Assembly: GCA_037917675.1 (NCBI GenBank)
Contig: JAVCBW010000013.1
Coordinates: 25,578-89,577 of the forward strand
Length of the DNA: 64,000 nucleotides
Source of the DNA: Thermoproteota archaeon
Lineage (GTDB): Archaea; Korarchaeota; Korarchaeia; B14-G2
Direction: 5' to 3'
Within the stretch, counting starts at the first letter, position 1. The number at the start of each line of letters is the position of its first letter. Position numbers and translations under genes: made by a program. The notes below the pieces were generated by a model. The model had not been told where the DNA came from, did not search any database, and saw only the letters and a list, made by a program, of their open reading frames with translations. This document shows positions 1 through 9,327 of this stretch, piece after piece.

Positions 1-1
1 G

Positions 2-460
2 AGAGCAGCTAAGAGAAGCATACTAAACGAGCTGGACTACGAGTATAGCCTCTATGACATAGCAATAGTGACTAGAGCTGCACCAGCTAGAATCTTAGGG
101 TTGACGAGTAAGGGGCACCTTGGTATAGGAGCAGATGCAGACATAGCAATCTACAACCTCAATCCTAAGGAAGTAGACTTCACAAGAGACTATAAGGCTG
201 TTAGAAAAGCGTTTAGGAAGGCAGCATACACCATCAAAGATGGGGAAATAGTTGTAAAAGACGGAGAGGTCGTAAGCTCACGCATGGGAAGGACTTATTG
301 GACAAATATTGAAATGAGAGATCCAAGCCGAGTGGATCAGCTGATTGATGAGATAAGAGATGAATTCCAGGAGTACTACACTGTGTCGCTCTCTAACTAT
401 CCAATAGGTGAAGAGTATCTACGTAAAGGGGAGCCAATTAATGTGAAGGCTGCAATATGA
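2..460 (+). CDS. fwdA: Formylmethanofuran dehydrogenase subunit A, C-terminal part (truncated by window edge)
   Basis: Frame open from the window start; EYSLYDIAIVTRAAPARILGL, KGHLGIGADADIAIY, YTIKDGEIVVKDGEV, YYTVSLSNYPI are typical of the FwdA/FmdA C-terminus. Confidence 0.9.
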   Translation, partial: RAAKRSILNELDYEYSLYDIAIVTRAAPARILGLTSKGHLGIGADADIAIYNLNPKEVDFTRDYKAVRKAFRKAAYTIKDGEIVVKDGEVVSSRMGRTYWTNIEMRDPSRVDQLIDEIRDEFQEYYTVSLSNYPIGEEYLRKGEPINVKAAI

Positions 461-461
461 G

Positions 462-887
462 GTGGGGAATGTGGAGGTGAGGCTTTACAGGCCGATTAAG
501 AGGGGAGAGATCATTAAGCTTGAAGATGACAAGAGCATAGTGCTCTTCAGGCAGATATTGCTTAGAAAGTATGTCCTTAAACTTGACAAGGAGAGGTGTG
601 TTGGCTGTGGTATCTGTGCAGACATGTGTCCTAAGTGGGCCATAACATATTATCCAGCTAAGTTCGATGGGATCAAGAGAGTATCTGAGAGGCCTAGGAT
701 AGACTTTGAAAGCGACAAGTGTGTGCTATGTGGGACATGTGTTACTATATGCCCTATGAGAGCTATTACACTAACACTAAATGATGAAGAGTGGATTCCA
801 GTAATGAAGGGCAACGTGTTCTATACTGTAGCAGTCAAATCATTAGAGAAGAGGTATATTGGAGGAGAGGGGGAGGAAGCTCTCTAA
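462..887 (+). CDS. 2x[4Fe-4S] ferredoxin-like protein resembling the N-terminal part of FwdF
   Basis: CVGCGICADMCP and CVLCGTCVTICP motifs; starts 1 nt after the fwdA stop; N-terminus resembles that of the polyferredoxin at 45955. Confidence 0.8.
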   Translation: MGNVEVRLYRPIKRGEIIKLEDDKSIVLFRQILLRKYVLKLDKERCVGCGICADMCPKWAITYYPAKFDGIKRVSERPRIDFESDKCVLCGTCVTICPMRAITLTLNDEEWIPVMKGNVFYTVAVKSLEKRYIGGEGEEAL

Positions 888-1759
888 GAGATGCTTTCTA
901 GAAACTTTGGTGGTATAAAGTTCTCAGTTAACCCCAGCTCCTCTGGGGTGAAGCCCATTGCTAAGCCTATAAGCTGCGTTATAAATGCTACAGGCACTGG
1001 ATCATCTAGCAGGCCCCTGTCCATGAGCTCACGTTGCCCTGTATCAAACTGGAAGTGACAGAAGGCACATGGGGTAACTATTACATCTCCTCCAGCTCTC
1101 CTTATGTTACATACCTTCTCTAGTGTGAAGTCTAAGGCTACATCTAGTCTACCTGCTCTCACACCTCCACCTGCTCCACAGCACATGAGCTTATCTAGGT
1201 AGTCTATGCTCTCTGCTCCTGTGAGCTCGACCAGCTCATCTAAGTACGTTGGTGCCTCAGGTGAGCCATGTCTCCTTACCTTACTTGGCTTTAGGTAGTG
1301 GCACCCATAGTGGACAGCTACCTTCAAGCCCTTGAGAGGCTTCTTAATTCTCTTCTTCAGCTCCTCTGGTCCAGCATCCTCAAGTAAAACCTCTGTGACA
1401 TGTTTTACTTCGGTTTTCCCCTCATATTTCCTTCCTATTTTCGCTAAAACCTCGTTCACAGCCTCCCTCCTGGCTCTGTCCTCTAGAAGGTGGTGGGCCT
1501 CCTGTAGAGAGCCATAGCAGCCATTACAGGTCACTACTATGTTAGCATCTAGGTCTTCAGCTAAATCTAGGTTGCGTGCGGCTAAGATCAGCCAGTTCCA
1601 TAGGTCAAAGCTCCCGAAGACCCCTGGTGCAGGGCAGCAGGATGCTCCATCAAGCTCTATAACGTCCACACCAAGCTCTCTTAGAACTATCTTCGTGGCA
1701 GCTTCTATTCCAGGGTATCTGAGTGGGGTGATGCATCCGAGGAAGTAGGCATATCTCAA
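884..1759 (-). CDS. hdrB: Heterodisulfide reductase subunit B (methanogen-like)
   Basis: FLGC, SCCPAPG, CNGCYGSL, HYGCHYLKP, CCGAGGG, PCAFCHFQFD CCG-domain motifs. Confidence 0.95.
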   Translation of the reverse strand: MRYAYFLGCITPLRYPGIEAATKIVLRELGVDVIELDGASCCPAPGVFGSFDLWNWLILAARNLDLAEDLDANIVVTCNGCYGSLQEAHHLLEDRARREAVNEVLAKIGRKYEGKTEVKHVTEVLLEDAGPEELKKRIKKPLKGLKVAVHYGCHYLKPSKVRRHGSPEAPTYLDELVELTGAESIDYLDKLMCCGAGGGVRAGRLDVALDFTLEKVCNIRRAGGDVIVTPCAFCHFQFDTGQRELMDRGLLDDPVPVAFITQLIGLAMGFTPEELGLTENFIPPKFLESIS

Positions 1760-1763
1760 GCTA

Positions 1764-2321
1764 TCACCGCTGGATCTTCTTAAGAAAGCTATCTATCTCT
1801 ATTATCTTCTGAACCTCAGCGAGAGCTTTAGGGTAACTTAGGGTTGTAGGTGGGACAGGTGATAGCCCTAATTTCTCTCGCTTCTTCTTCACCTCGTCTG
1901 TTATTGGTATAGCATGCCCCATCTTTGCAAAGTTCCTGGCTACAGCTAGGTGACGCTCAAGAGCATATCCTTCTTCAAATGCTATATTCCTTATTATTCT
2001 GACTATATCGGTGGTAGCTACACCTCGTGGGCACCTCTCTTGGCATGTGTAGCATGTTGTGCAGTTCCATAGAGCTTCATCTGAAAGCACAGCCTCTCTC
2101 ATACCGAGCTGCGTTTTCCTCACTATGTGGCGTATTCTCCAAGCAGTTCTCCTCCCGGAGGGGCAGTCGCCCACGCAAGTGCCACATTGTATGCATGCAT
2201 ATAGGGTTCTGAGATCATCTTCTGGGAATATTCTGCTGCCTCTCTTTATAACCTCATCAGCGAACTCCCAGCTAGGCTGTAGCACTACTACCTGCCTACT
2301 TACAGCAGACAATGTAGTCAC
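1764..2321 (-). CDS. hdrC: Heterodisulfide reductase subunit C
   Basis: CIQCGTCVGDCPSGRRT and LWNCTTCYTCQERCPRGV; directly upstream of hdrB. Confidence 0.95.
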   Translation of the reverse strand: MTTLSAVSRQVVVLQPSWEFADEVIKRGSRIFPEDDLRTLYACIQCGTCVGDCPSGRRTAWRIRHIVRKTQLGMREAVLSDEALWNCTTCYTCQERCPRGVATTDIVRIIRNIAFEEGYALERHLAVARNFAKMGHAIPITDEVKKKREKLGLSPVPPTTLSYPKALAEVQKIIEIDSFLKKIQR

Positions 2322-2549
2322 CTATCTCGCTTGAAAGCCTCTTAGAGCTTAGCTTTTTAACATTTAGGGTCTAAATCTAGCTTCAACTGTAGCAATCGTC
2401 ATGGTGTCAGAGAGCTTTATAGCACTAGAAACGTAGTCTCAAGGTGATGGCTAAGATGATCCTAGCTTAAAGTTTAGGAGTGATTGCGTGAGAAGTGCTT
2501 AAAAAGGGGTGTAGGTGATGGAGCTGCAGGAGCCGCTCTGGTGTTTCAC

Positions 2550-4982
2550 TTGGGAAGTGAGGAGGAAGCTCGCATTGGCGTGTTTATCTGCCATTGTGGC
2601 ACAAATATCGCTGGCATCATCGATGTGAAAAAGCTTGCAGAGTATGCCAGCTCGCTGCCAAACGTAGCTTTTGCTATAGACGAGAGGTACATGTGTTCTT
2701 CCACAGGGCAGGAGCTGCTCAAAGAGAAGATAAGGGAGCTCAGCTTAAATAGAGTGGTTATAGCAGCCTGCTCACCTAGGCTCCATGAAGCAACGTTCAG
2801 AAATACCCTGAGAGAAGCTGGACTCAACCCTTATCTGCTTGAAATGGCTAACATAAGAGAGCACTGCAGCTGGGTTCACAGCGGGGCTCCTGAGACAGCT
2901 GAGGAGAAAGCAAGGGGGCTAATTGCTGCTGCAGTGGCTAAAGCAACCTACTTGGAGCCCTTAGAGCCGCCAGAATTCCCAGTAAAGCAAGCTGCGCTGG
3001 TTATAGGAGGAGGTGTAGCAGGTATACAGGCAGCCTTAGACCTAGCTAATGAAGGCTTTAAGGTGTATATGGTTGAGAAGTCTCCCACAATAGGAGGTAA
3101 AATGGCACTACTAGACAAAACATTCCCTACACTAGACTGCTCTGCCTGTATACTGACACCTAAGATGGTTGATGTTGCTAGGCATCCTAACATAGAGTTG
3201 CTTACGTATAGTGAGGTTACTGGTGTAGATGGGTTTATTGGGAATTTCAGGGTTAGAGTTTTGAGGAAGCCGAGGTATGTGAGGGAGGAGGACTGTAATG
3301 CCTGTGGAGCATGTGTAGAGGTATGTCCAGTAGAGGTGCCAAATGAATGGGACATGGGGCTAGGGGTGAGGAAAGCAATATATCGCCCATTTCCTCAAGC
3401 TATCCCATCAGTCTTCCTGATAGATAGAGATAGCTGTATTGAGTGTGAGAGCTGTATTGAGGCTTGTAGAGAGCAGGGTAGAGACGCCATAGACCTTAAC
3501 ATGAAGCCTAAGGAGATAGAGCTTGATGTAGGTGCGATAATAGTCGCAACAGGATTCGAACTATACGACCCAACAAAAGCAGGAGAATACGGATACGGAA
3601 GATACCCAAACGTAATTACAGCGATGGAGCTTGAGAGGCTTGTAAATGCAGCAGGCCCAACTCACGGCCATGTTATCCGCCCATCTGATGGGAAGGTTCC
3701 GAAAAGCGTTGCGTTCATAACATGTGTTGGCTCGAGAGATGAGCGTGCAGCTCCCTACTGCTCAGGGTTCTGCTGCATGTACACTCTGAAGAACGCTGTA
3801 CTTCTCAGAGAGCACTATCCTGACATGAAGATTTACATCATATTCATGGACATGAGAGCACCATTCAAGGGCTATGAGGAGTTCTATAGGAGAGCTAGAG
3901 GAGAGGGAATAATCTTCCTAAGAGGGAGACCATCTGAGATACAAGAGGATCCATCCACCAGGAACCTGGTAATCTCTGTAGAAAATATAGCTACAGGTGA
4001 GATCATGGATCTAAATGTAGAGATGGTAGTCTTGTCTCCAGCTGCCATACCATCTGAGGGAACCCAGGAGCTTGCTAGGCTCCTGAACGTCACTCTAGAC
4101 TCGACAGGATTCTTCATGGAGGCTCACTTCAAGCTTAGGCCGATTGACGCTGCTACAGACGGCATATTCTTTGCAGGATCGTCGCAGGGTCCTAAGGACA
4201 TATCATACTCGGTTTCTCAGGGGAGTGCAGCAGCTGCTAGAGCTGCTAGGATACTCAGTAGAGGTAAATGGGAGATCGAGCCCATAGTGGCTAGTGTAGT
4301 GCACCCTGAGAGATGCAGGAATATTGAGGGAGAATGTGGTATATGTGCTAGCAAGTGCCCATATGGTGCGATCACGATTGAAGCTGGTAAGCCTGCTGTT
4401 GTAACCCCAGCAAAATGTCATGGTTGTGGGACATGTGTAGCAGACTGTCCATCTGGTGCCTTAACTCAGATGCACTTTACAGATGCGCAGATAATCTCCC
4501 AGATAGATGCTGCGCTCCGTGACAACCCAGAGGAGAAGATAATTGCGTTCATGTGTAACTGGTGCAGCTATGCTGGAGCAGATCTGGCTGGGACAAGCAG
4601 ATTCCAGTACCCAGCGAATGTCAGACCTATCCGGCTAATGTGCTCAGGTAGGATATCAAGAAGATTCGTGCTAGAAGCCTTTAAGAGAGGGGCTGGGATG
4701 GTCTTAGCTTCAGGCTGCAGGTTTGGCGACTGCCACTACATCAGAGGTAACTATAATGCAAAGAAGAGGCTTGAGCCTCTTGACAAGATCCTCAAGGCTG
4801 TGGGGATAAGTCCAAGTAGGTTCAAGATGGCTTGGTTCTCAGCAGCTGAAGGTGAATACTACTCTAGACTTGTTGCAGAGATGGTAAATGAACTCTATAG
4901 AATGGGAGTAGACAGAATAAAGAAGGAGAACGAGGCAGCTAGACCAAAGCTAGAGAGGATACTTGCAAGGATGGCAAGGTGA
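2550..4982 (+). CDS. hdrA: HdrA-MvhD fusion (flavin-based electron-bifurcating subunit fused to a [2Fe-2S] MvhD domain)
   Basis: RIGVFICHCGTNIAG, GGGVAG, LDKTFPTLDCSACIL, CVGSRD...CSGFCC, GPKDI; C-terminal FMCNWCSYAGAD...RLMCSGR...GCRFGDCHY is MvhD. TTG 2550 preferred to the track start 2484 (GGTG upstream). Confidence 0.93.
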   Translation: MGSEEEARIGVFICHCGTNIAGIIDVKKLAEYASSLPNVAFAIDERYMCSSTGQELLKEKIRELSLNRVVIAACSPRLHEATFRNTLREAGLNPYLLEMANIREHCSWVHSGAPETAEEKARGLIAAAVAKATYLEPLEPPEFPVKQAALVIGGGVAGIQAALDLANEGFKVYMVEKSPTIGGKMALLDKTFPTLDCSACILTPKMVDVARHPNIELLTYSEVTGVDGFIGNFRVRVLRKPRYVREEDCNACGACVEVCPVEVPNEWDMGLGVRKAIYRPFPQAIPSVFLIDRDSCIECESCIEACREQGRDAIDLNMKPKEIELDVGAIIVATGFELYDPTKAGEYGYGRYPNVITAMELERLVNAAGPTHGHVIRPSDGKVPKSVAFITCVGSRDERAAPYCSGFCCMYTLKNAVLLREHYPDMKIYIIFMDMRAPFKGYEEFYRRARGEGIIFLRGRPSEIQEDPSTRNLVISVENIATGEIMDLNVEMVVLSPAAIPSEGTQELARLLNVTLDSTGFFMEAHFKLRPIDAATDGIFFAGSSQGPKDISYSVSQGSAAAARAARILSRGKWEIEPIVASVVHPERCRNIEGECGICASKCPYGAITIEAGKPAVVTPAKCHGCGTCVADCPSGALTQMHFTDAQIISQIDAALRDNPEEKIIAFMCNWCSYAGADLAGTSRFQYPANVRPIRLMCSGRISRRFVLEAFKRGAGMVLASGCRFGDCHYIRGNYNAKKRLEPLDKILKAVGISPSRFKMAWFSAAEGEYYSRLVAEMVNELYRMGVDRIKKENEAARPKLERILARMAR

Positions 4983-5455
4983 GCGTGATGTCTCTTGAGA
5001 GCTTAGAGAGTGAAGTCCAGAAACTGATTAAGGAAGCTGTCGCATACTGCTATCAGTGTGGGAAGTGTTCTGGTAGCTGCCCAACTGCTAAGGCCTGCCC
5101 AACATATAATCCAAGAAAGATAGCTGAAGAGTTAATGCTTGGGAGATGGAAGGAGGTCCTGTTTGGAGGCGAAATATGGCTGTGTACACTATGTCACACA
5201 TGCTATGAGAACTGTCCGCAGAACGTCGGCTTTTCACACGTCATAATAGAGCTAAGAAACCTCGCAGCTAAAGCTGGTGCTGCTCCAAGCGAGTTTATCT
5301 CTCGTGTGAGACAGCTTGCTGAGATAGGCTATATAGCTGCTGTCTCCAAGGCCATTGAGAGGAGGAGAAGCGAGCTTTCCCTACCAGGACTACAGGCTTC
5401 ACCCGATGGTATTCCAAAGATAATGGAGGCTACAGGCCTCAAGCTAGAAGAGTGA
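4979..5455 (+). CDS. hdrC: Heterodisulfide reductase subunit C (second copy)
   Basis: CYQCGKCSGSCP and IWLCTLCHTCYENCPQNV; overlaps the hdrA stop (GTGA). Confidence 0.9.
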   Translation: MSVMSLESLESEVQKLIKEAVAYCYQCGKCSGSCPTAKACPTYNPRKIAEELMLGRWKEVLFGGEIWLCTLCHTCYENCPQNVGFSHVIIELRNLAAKAGAAPSEFISRVRQLAEIGYIAAVSKAIERRRSELSLPGLQASPDGIPKIMEATGLKLEE

Positions 5456-5461
5456 TGAGCT

Positions 5462-6343
5462 ATGGGAGAGTACTCGCTCTTTACAGGCTGCCTGATGCCA
5501 TTCAGGCTTCCTCACTTAGAGCAGGCAGCTAGGCTTGCTCTAGATGCCCTTAGGATAACTGTAAGTGACCTAGAGGACGCTAGCTGCTGCGGAGACCCCA
5601 TAGTGCTCAGGTCCATCAATGAGAATACATGGCTTGCTATTGCAGCTAGGAACCTGTGTCTAGCAGAGGAAAGAGGTCTTGACCTACTTGTGCTATGTAA
5701 TGGCTGCTATGAGAGCCTAAAGACCGCAAACGTCATGCTGAAGGAGGATAAGAGCTTAAGAGCCTCTGTAAACAAGGTTCTATCCATGCTAGGTCTAGAG
5801 TTCAATGGGAAGATTGAGGTCCTGAACTTCCTAGAGGTTTTAGAGAGGGAGGTCGGTGTCAGCAAGCTTAAAAGAACCATTAGGCGTGCCCTAAGAGGCC
5901 TACCTGTAGCTGTACACTATGGCTGCCACATGCTCCGCCCTAGCAAATATCTCAAGTTCGATGATGTGTATTCTCCATCAGTGCTCGATTTGTATGTTGA
6001 GGCACTTGACTTACAAAGTGTCCCCTACTTGAACAGGATGTTGTGTTGTGGAGCAGGCCTAAGTATAATCGATAGGGATGCATCATTAAAGCTGGTAAGA
6101 GAGAAGCTTTCTGCTATAAAAGCAGCTGGAGCTGAGGCGCTAGTGGTTCTATGTCCATTTTGCTACCAGCAATACGACCTAGGCCAGAAGCTGGTTAAGC
6201 AGCCTAATGGAGAGAAATTCAGCATACCTGTCTTCTACTATCCAGAGCTCCTCTGTCTATCACTTGGCTACTCTCCAAGCCAGCTGGGGCTAAGATACCA
6301 TAGCACTAAGGTGACATCATTTGTCGAGAAGCTAGGGGTCTAA
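5462..6343 (+). CDS. hdrB: Heterodisulfide reductase subunit B (second, divergent copy)
   Basis: FTGC, SCCGDP, CNGCYESL, HYGCHMLRP, CCGAG, CPFCYQQYD. Confidence 0.9.
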   Translation: MGEYSLFTGCLMPFRLPHLEQAARLALDALRITVSDLEDASCCGDPIVLRSINENTWLAIAARNLCLAEERGLDLLVLCNGCYESLKTANVMLKEDKSLRASVNKVLSMLGLEFNGKIEVLNFLEVLEREVGVSKLKRTIRRALRGLPVAVHYGCHMLRPSKYLKFDDVYSPSVLDLYVEALDLQSVPYLNRMLCCGAGLSIIDRDASLKLVREKLSAIKAAGAEALVVLCPFCYQQYDLGQKLVKQPNGEKFSIPVFYYPELLCLSLGYSPSQLGLRYHSTKVTSFVEKLGV

Positions 6344-6383
6344 TCTTCGGTCTAATTAAGCGATAGCCTCCCTGAATATTTGG

Positions 6384-7148
6384 ATGAACTCTGGAGGAGA
6401 ACTAATACTTGTAGCAGGGATATCATATACCAGAGAGTTCAGCACCATAGCATCAAGAGTTATACGTTACATAACCTATGCTTCAGATAGTACTGTGCTA
6501 CTTGACCTGGATCCAAAAGGGAGTGTAGCTTCACTGCTCAATGACGTCATTGCAGGCTCTCACCCAATGTCTGCTGCTAGCTGGCTGCTTGGAATAGAGA
6601 AGCTCCCATCCCCCAAGGGTAGAGAGCCTTTACACATATTAACAATGGAGTTTACTGCACGCATCCCAGTTAAACATCCTAAGAGATCTATCACACAGCT
6701 CCTAAAGATCCTATTAAGGAAATATCACATGGTAATAGTCTCTTCACCAATCTTATCCTTGAGCATATTATACTCAGCCCCCTACTCCAGGGGAAAGTGG
6801 CTTATAGCTGTGCTATCTAAGGAAGAAACGGATCTCGCATCTCTAATGCTTCTTCATGCCATATTCTCTGGATTCAGGCCTGCTTCGATGATTCTAGTAG
6901 ATCCTACTCTGGCAAGCACCCAGATATCCACAGTCTTAGGGATTCTGGTGGTAAAAGCACCTCCCACTAGCTCCTTCCTAGATCAAGACCTCCCCCTAGT
7001 TGCTAAGCATATAGCTCAGCTGAAAGACGCTCAACGGAGAGAGAGCCTCAGAAGGAGGCTCAAATACTTCCTAAAGGAGAGGACCCGCAGGGATCTCAGG
7101 CTAGATCCACGCGTGCTAGTAGATCTTCTAGCAGATAGAGTGACCTGA
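6384..7148 (+). CDS. Degenerate ParA/MinD-like protein lacking a recognisable Walker A
   Basis: VLLDLDPKGS matches the ParA/MinD switch I motif (DxDPQG); no KGGxGKT. Confidence 0.45.
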   Translation: MNSGGELILVAGISYTREFSTIASRVIRYITYASDSTVLLDLDPKGSVASLLNDVIAGSHPMSAASWLLGIEKLPSPKGREPLHILTMEFTARIPVKHPKRSITQLLKILLRKYHMVIVSSPILSLSILYSAPYSRGKWLIAVLSKEETDLASLMLLHAIFSGFRPASMILVDPTLASTQISTVLGILVVKAPPTSSFLDQDLPLVAKHIAQLKDAQRRESLRRRLKYFLKERTRRDLRLDPRVLVDLLADRVT

Positions 7149-7200
7149 CTCATCTCAGGAAGCTTTAAAGTAATACATTTTAACAGGTGGTGGTAAGGTC

Positions 7201-7506
7201 ATGCAATTCATAGCAGAGTCTATATCGAAGCTTCCTGAAGAGAAAAGGCATGCTTTAGCTGATAAAGCAGTAGGTGTCCTACTTAAGAGCAAGAAGGCAA
7301 AGAAGGTGGTAGATCCGAGATCAGCAAGAGGTATTTTAGAATCTCTCTCACATGAGACTTTACATGAACCAGCTGAGCTAGCAATGCTATTAAGGCTAGC
7401 ATGGCTTTCTGATGCAGAAAAAATGGAGAAAGCACTGGTATCTACCCTGGGGGAAAATGGAGTCACTATCGTACGCGAGCTTAAGGAGAGGTATGGAGGT
7501 GAATGA
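7201..7506 (+). CDS. Small helical hypothetical protein directly upstream of mer
   Basis: 101-aa ORF, GGTGG upstream, TTTAAA TATA-like box about 7164, stop 1 nt before the mer ATG. Confidence 0.7.
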   Translation: MQFIAESISKLPEEKRHALADKAVGVLLKSKKAKKVVDPRSARGILESLSHETLHEPAELAMLLRLAWLSDAEKMEKALVSTLGENGVTIVRELKERYGGE

Positions 7507-7507
7507 C

Positions 7508-8506
7508 ATGCCTGACTTAAAGTTCGGAATAGAATTTGTCCCACAGGATGTATACTGGAGGACAGTAGCCTATGGGATACTCGCTGAAAAAGGTGGATTC
7601 GAGCACATTTGGGTAACAGACCACTTTAACAACAGAAACGTACACCTTATCCTAGGTCTCATCGCAAACTACACCGAGAGGATAAAGCTGGGAACTGGTG
7701 TGACAAACCCGTATCTAAATAACCCCGCTGCCATCGCAAGCGCTATCCTAACTCTAGACGAGGTCTCTGGAGGTAGAGCTATACTGGGAATAGGGGCTGG
7801 AGATAAGATAACATTCAGCTATCTTGGGGTGGAATGGAAGAAGCCTCTTGCTGCCATAAGGGAGACTGTAGAGGTCTTTAGGAGGCTCATTAGGGGTGAA
7901 AGCGTCTCATATGAAGGAGAGTTCGTAAGACTGAGGAATGCGAGGCTGAACTTTAAAACAAAAGGAGAAATCCCTGTCTATATAGGTGCTCAGGGCCCCA
8001 AGATGCTTGAGCTAGCTGGGGAGATAGGAGATGGAATCCTAATAAATGCCTCACATCCAAAGGACTTTGAGAGGGCTATGTTGCATATCCAGAAGGGGCT
8101 TGAAAAAAGTAGAAGAGCTAGGAACCAGATAGATATAGCTGCCTATACGAGCTTCTCCGTACACAAGGACTCTAATAAAGCAAAGGATGCTGCTAGGCCT
8201 GTCGTCGCATTCATAGTAGCTGGAGCTCCTAAGGGAATTCTAGAGTTCCATGAGATACCTTATGAGAAAGCCAGTGAGATAGGGAGGAAGTTGTCTAAAG
8301 GTAAGTTCAAAGAAGCCTTCTCCATGGTATCAGATGAGATGCTATCAGCGTTCTCAGTCTGTGGCTCTCCAGATGAATGTATAGATAAGATTAGAGAGCT
8401 ACAGAAAGCTGGGATATCACAACTAGTTGCAGGCTCACCCATAGGTCCCAATGTAAAGGCTGCAATAGAGCTTATAAGCAAGGAGATAATGCCAGTCTTC
8501 AGGTAG
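7508..8506 (+). CDS. mer: F420-dependent methylene-H4MPT reductase
   Basis: KFGIEFVP, WVTDHFNNRNV, LGTGVTNPY, IPVYIGAQGPKML, LINASHPKDF, VAGSPIGP; GGAGGTGA RBS before ATG 7508. Confidence 0.95.
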   Translation: MPDLKFGIEFVPQDVYWRTVAYGILAEKGGFEHIWVTDHFNNRNVHLILGLIANYTERIKLGTGVTNPYLNNPAAIASAILTLDEVSGGRAILGIGAGDKITFSYLGVEWKKPLAAIRETVEVFRRLIRGESVSYEGEFVRLRNARLNFKTKGEIPVYIGAQGPKMLELAGEIGDGILINASHPKDFERAMLHIQKGLEKSRRARNQIDIAAYTSFSVHKDSNKAKDAARPVVAFIVAGAPKGILEFHEIPYEKASEIGRKLSKGKFKEAFSMVSDEMLSAFSVCGSPDECIDKIRELQKAGISQLVAGSPIGPNVKAAIELISKEIMPVFR

Positions 8507-9253
8507 CTACCTAAACAAATCTTCTCTCTCATCTCTCACTAGGTCCCTTCCCCTCCCTTCTCCTATCAGATGCTCACATCCCCTCACTATCACAACAGGC
8601 ACTCCCCTATTTTTCCCCATAACTAGCTCTGCTGCTGCAGCTATCTCATCAGCCACAGCTATCACAGTAGCTTTCAGCTCTCTACCATACATGTCTAGAC
8701 TACCTCTATAGTCTAGTAATGCTCTTACACCTGATAGCCCAATGGCGAAGTTAACCTGCCCTCTACGCCATGGCCTACCCCACGTGTCCGTTATTATAAC
8801 ACCTACATCGACTCCTGACATCTCCTTAATCCTCACTCTAATTCTCTCAGCGCTGGCATCAGGATCCTCTGGGAGAAGCGACACCATATTTCCCTTCACA
8901 TTAGATCTATCTACACCAGAGTTAGCACAGACAAAGCCATGCTTGGTCTCAGTTATCAGGACTCCCCTCCCCATCTTCACGATCCTCCTGCTCTCCCTGA
9001 GAGCCAACTCCACGAGTTTAGCATCTTTCCCATACTCTCTCGCGATTTCAGTAGCAAACTCTGAGGGATTGATGCTCTCTGGGTTCACGATTCTTCCTTC
9101 AGCTTTTGAAACTATCTTCTGTGTTATAACGATAATGTCTCCTTCTTTAAGGCTAATTCCCATGTCAGAGAGCTTTTGGATTATGATTCCAGCCAAATCA
9201 TCTCCTTCCCTTATGTTAGGCATCCCCTCGACTCCTATGAGCTCAACTCTCAA
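8507..9253 (-). CDS. cofE: Coenzyme F420-0:L-glutamate ligase
   Basis: TQKIVSKAEGR, HGFVCANSGVDRSN, LLPEDPDASA, ITDTWGRPWRRGQV, ADEIAAAAELVMG. Confidence 0.95.
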   Translation of the reverse strand: MRVELIGVEGMPNIREGDDLAGIIIQKLSDMGISLKEGDIIVITQKIVSKAEGRIVNPESINPSEFATEIAREYGKDAKLVELALRESRRIVKMGRGVLITETKHGFVCANSGVDRSNVKGNMVSLLPEDPDASAERIRVRIKEMSGVDVGVIITDTWGRPWRRGQVNFAIGLSGVRALLDYRGSLDMYGRELKATVIAVADEIAAAAELVMGKNRGVPVVIVRGCEHLIGEGRGRDLVRDEREDLFR

Positions 9254-9327
9254 GATCTCCCGCCTATGCAGCAGCTTAGATTATAAAAGAGTTCTCAAAT
9301 CCTTTTATAGCAGGTGAGCATATCCAA

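Noticed and set aside
7412-7507. N-terminal extension of mer in the track (similar extensions at 2484, 20357, 25486, 53560, 59858)
   Set aside because: They mostly overlap neighbouring genes or promoters; downstream starts have better RBS and match family N-termini
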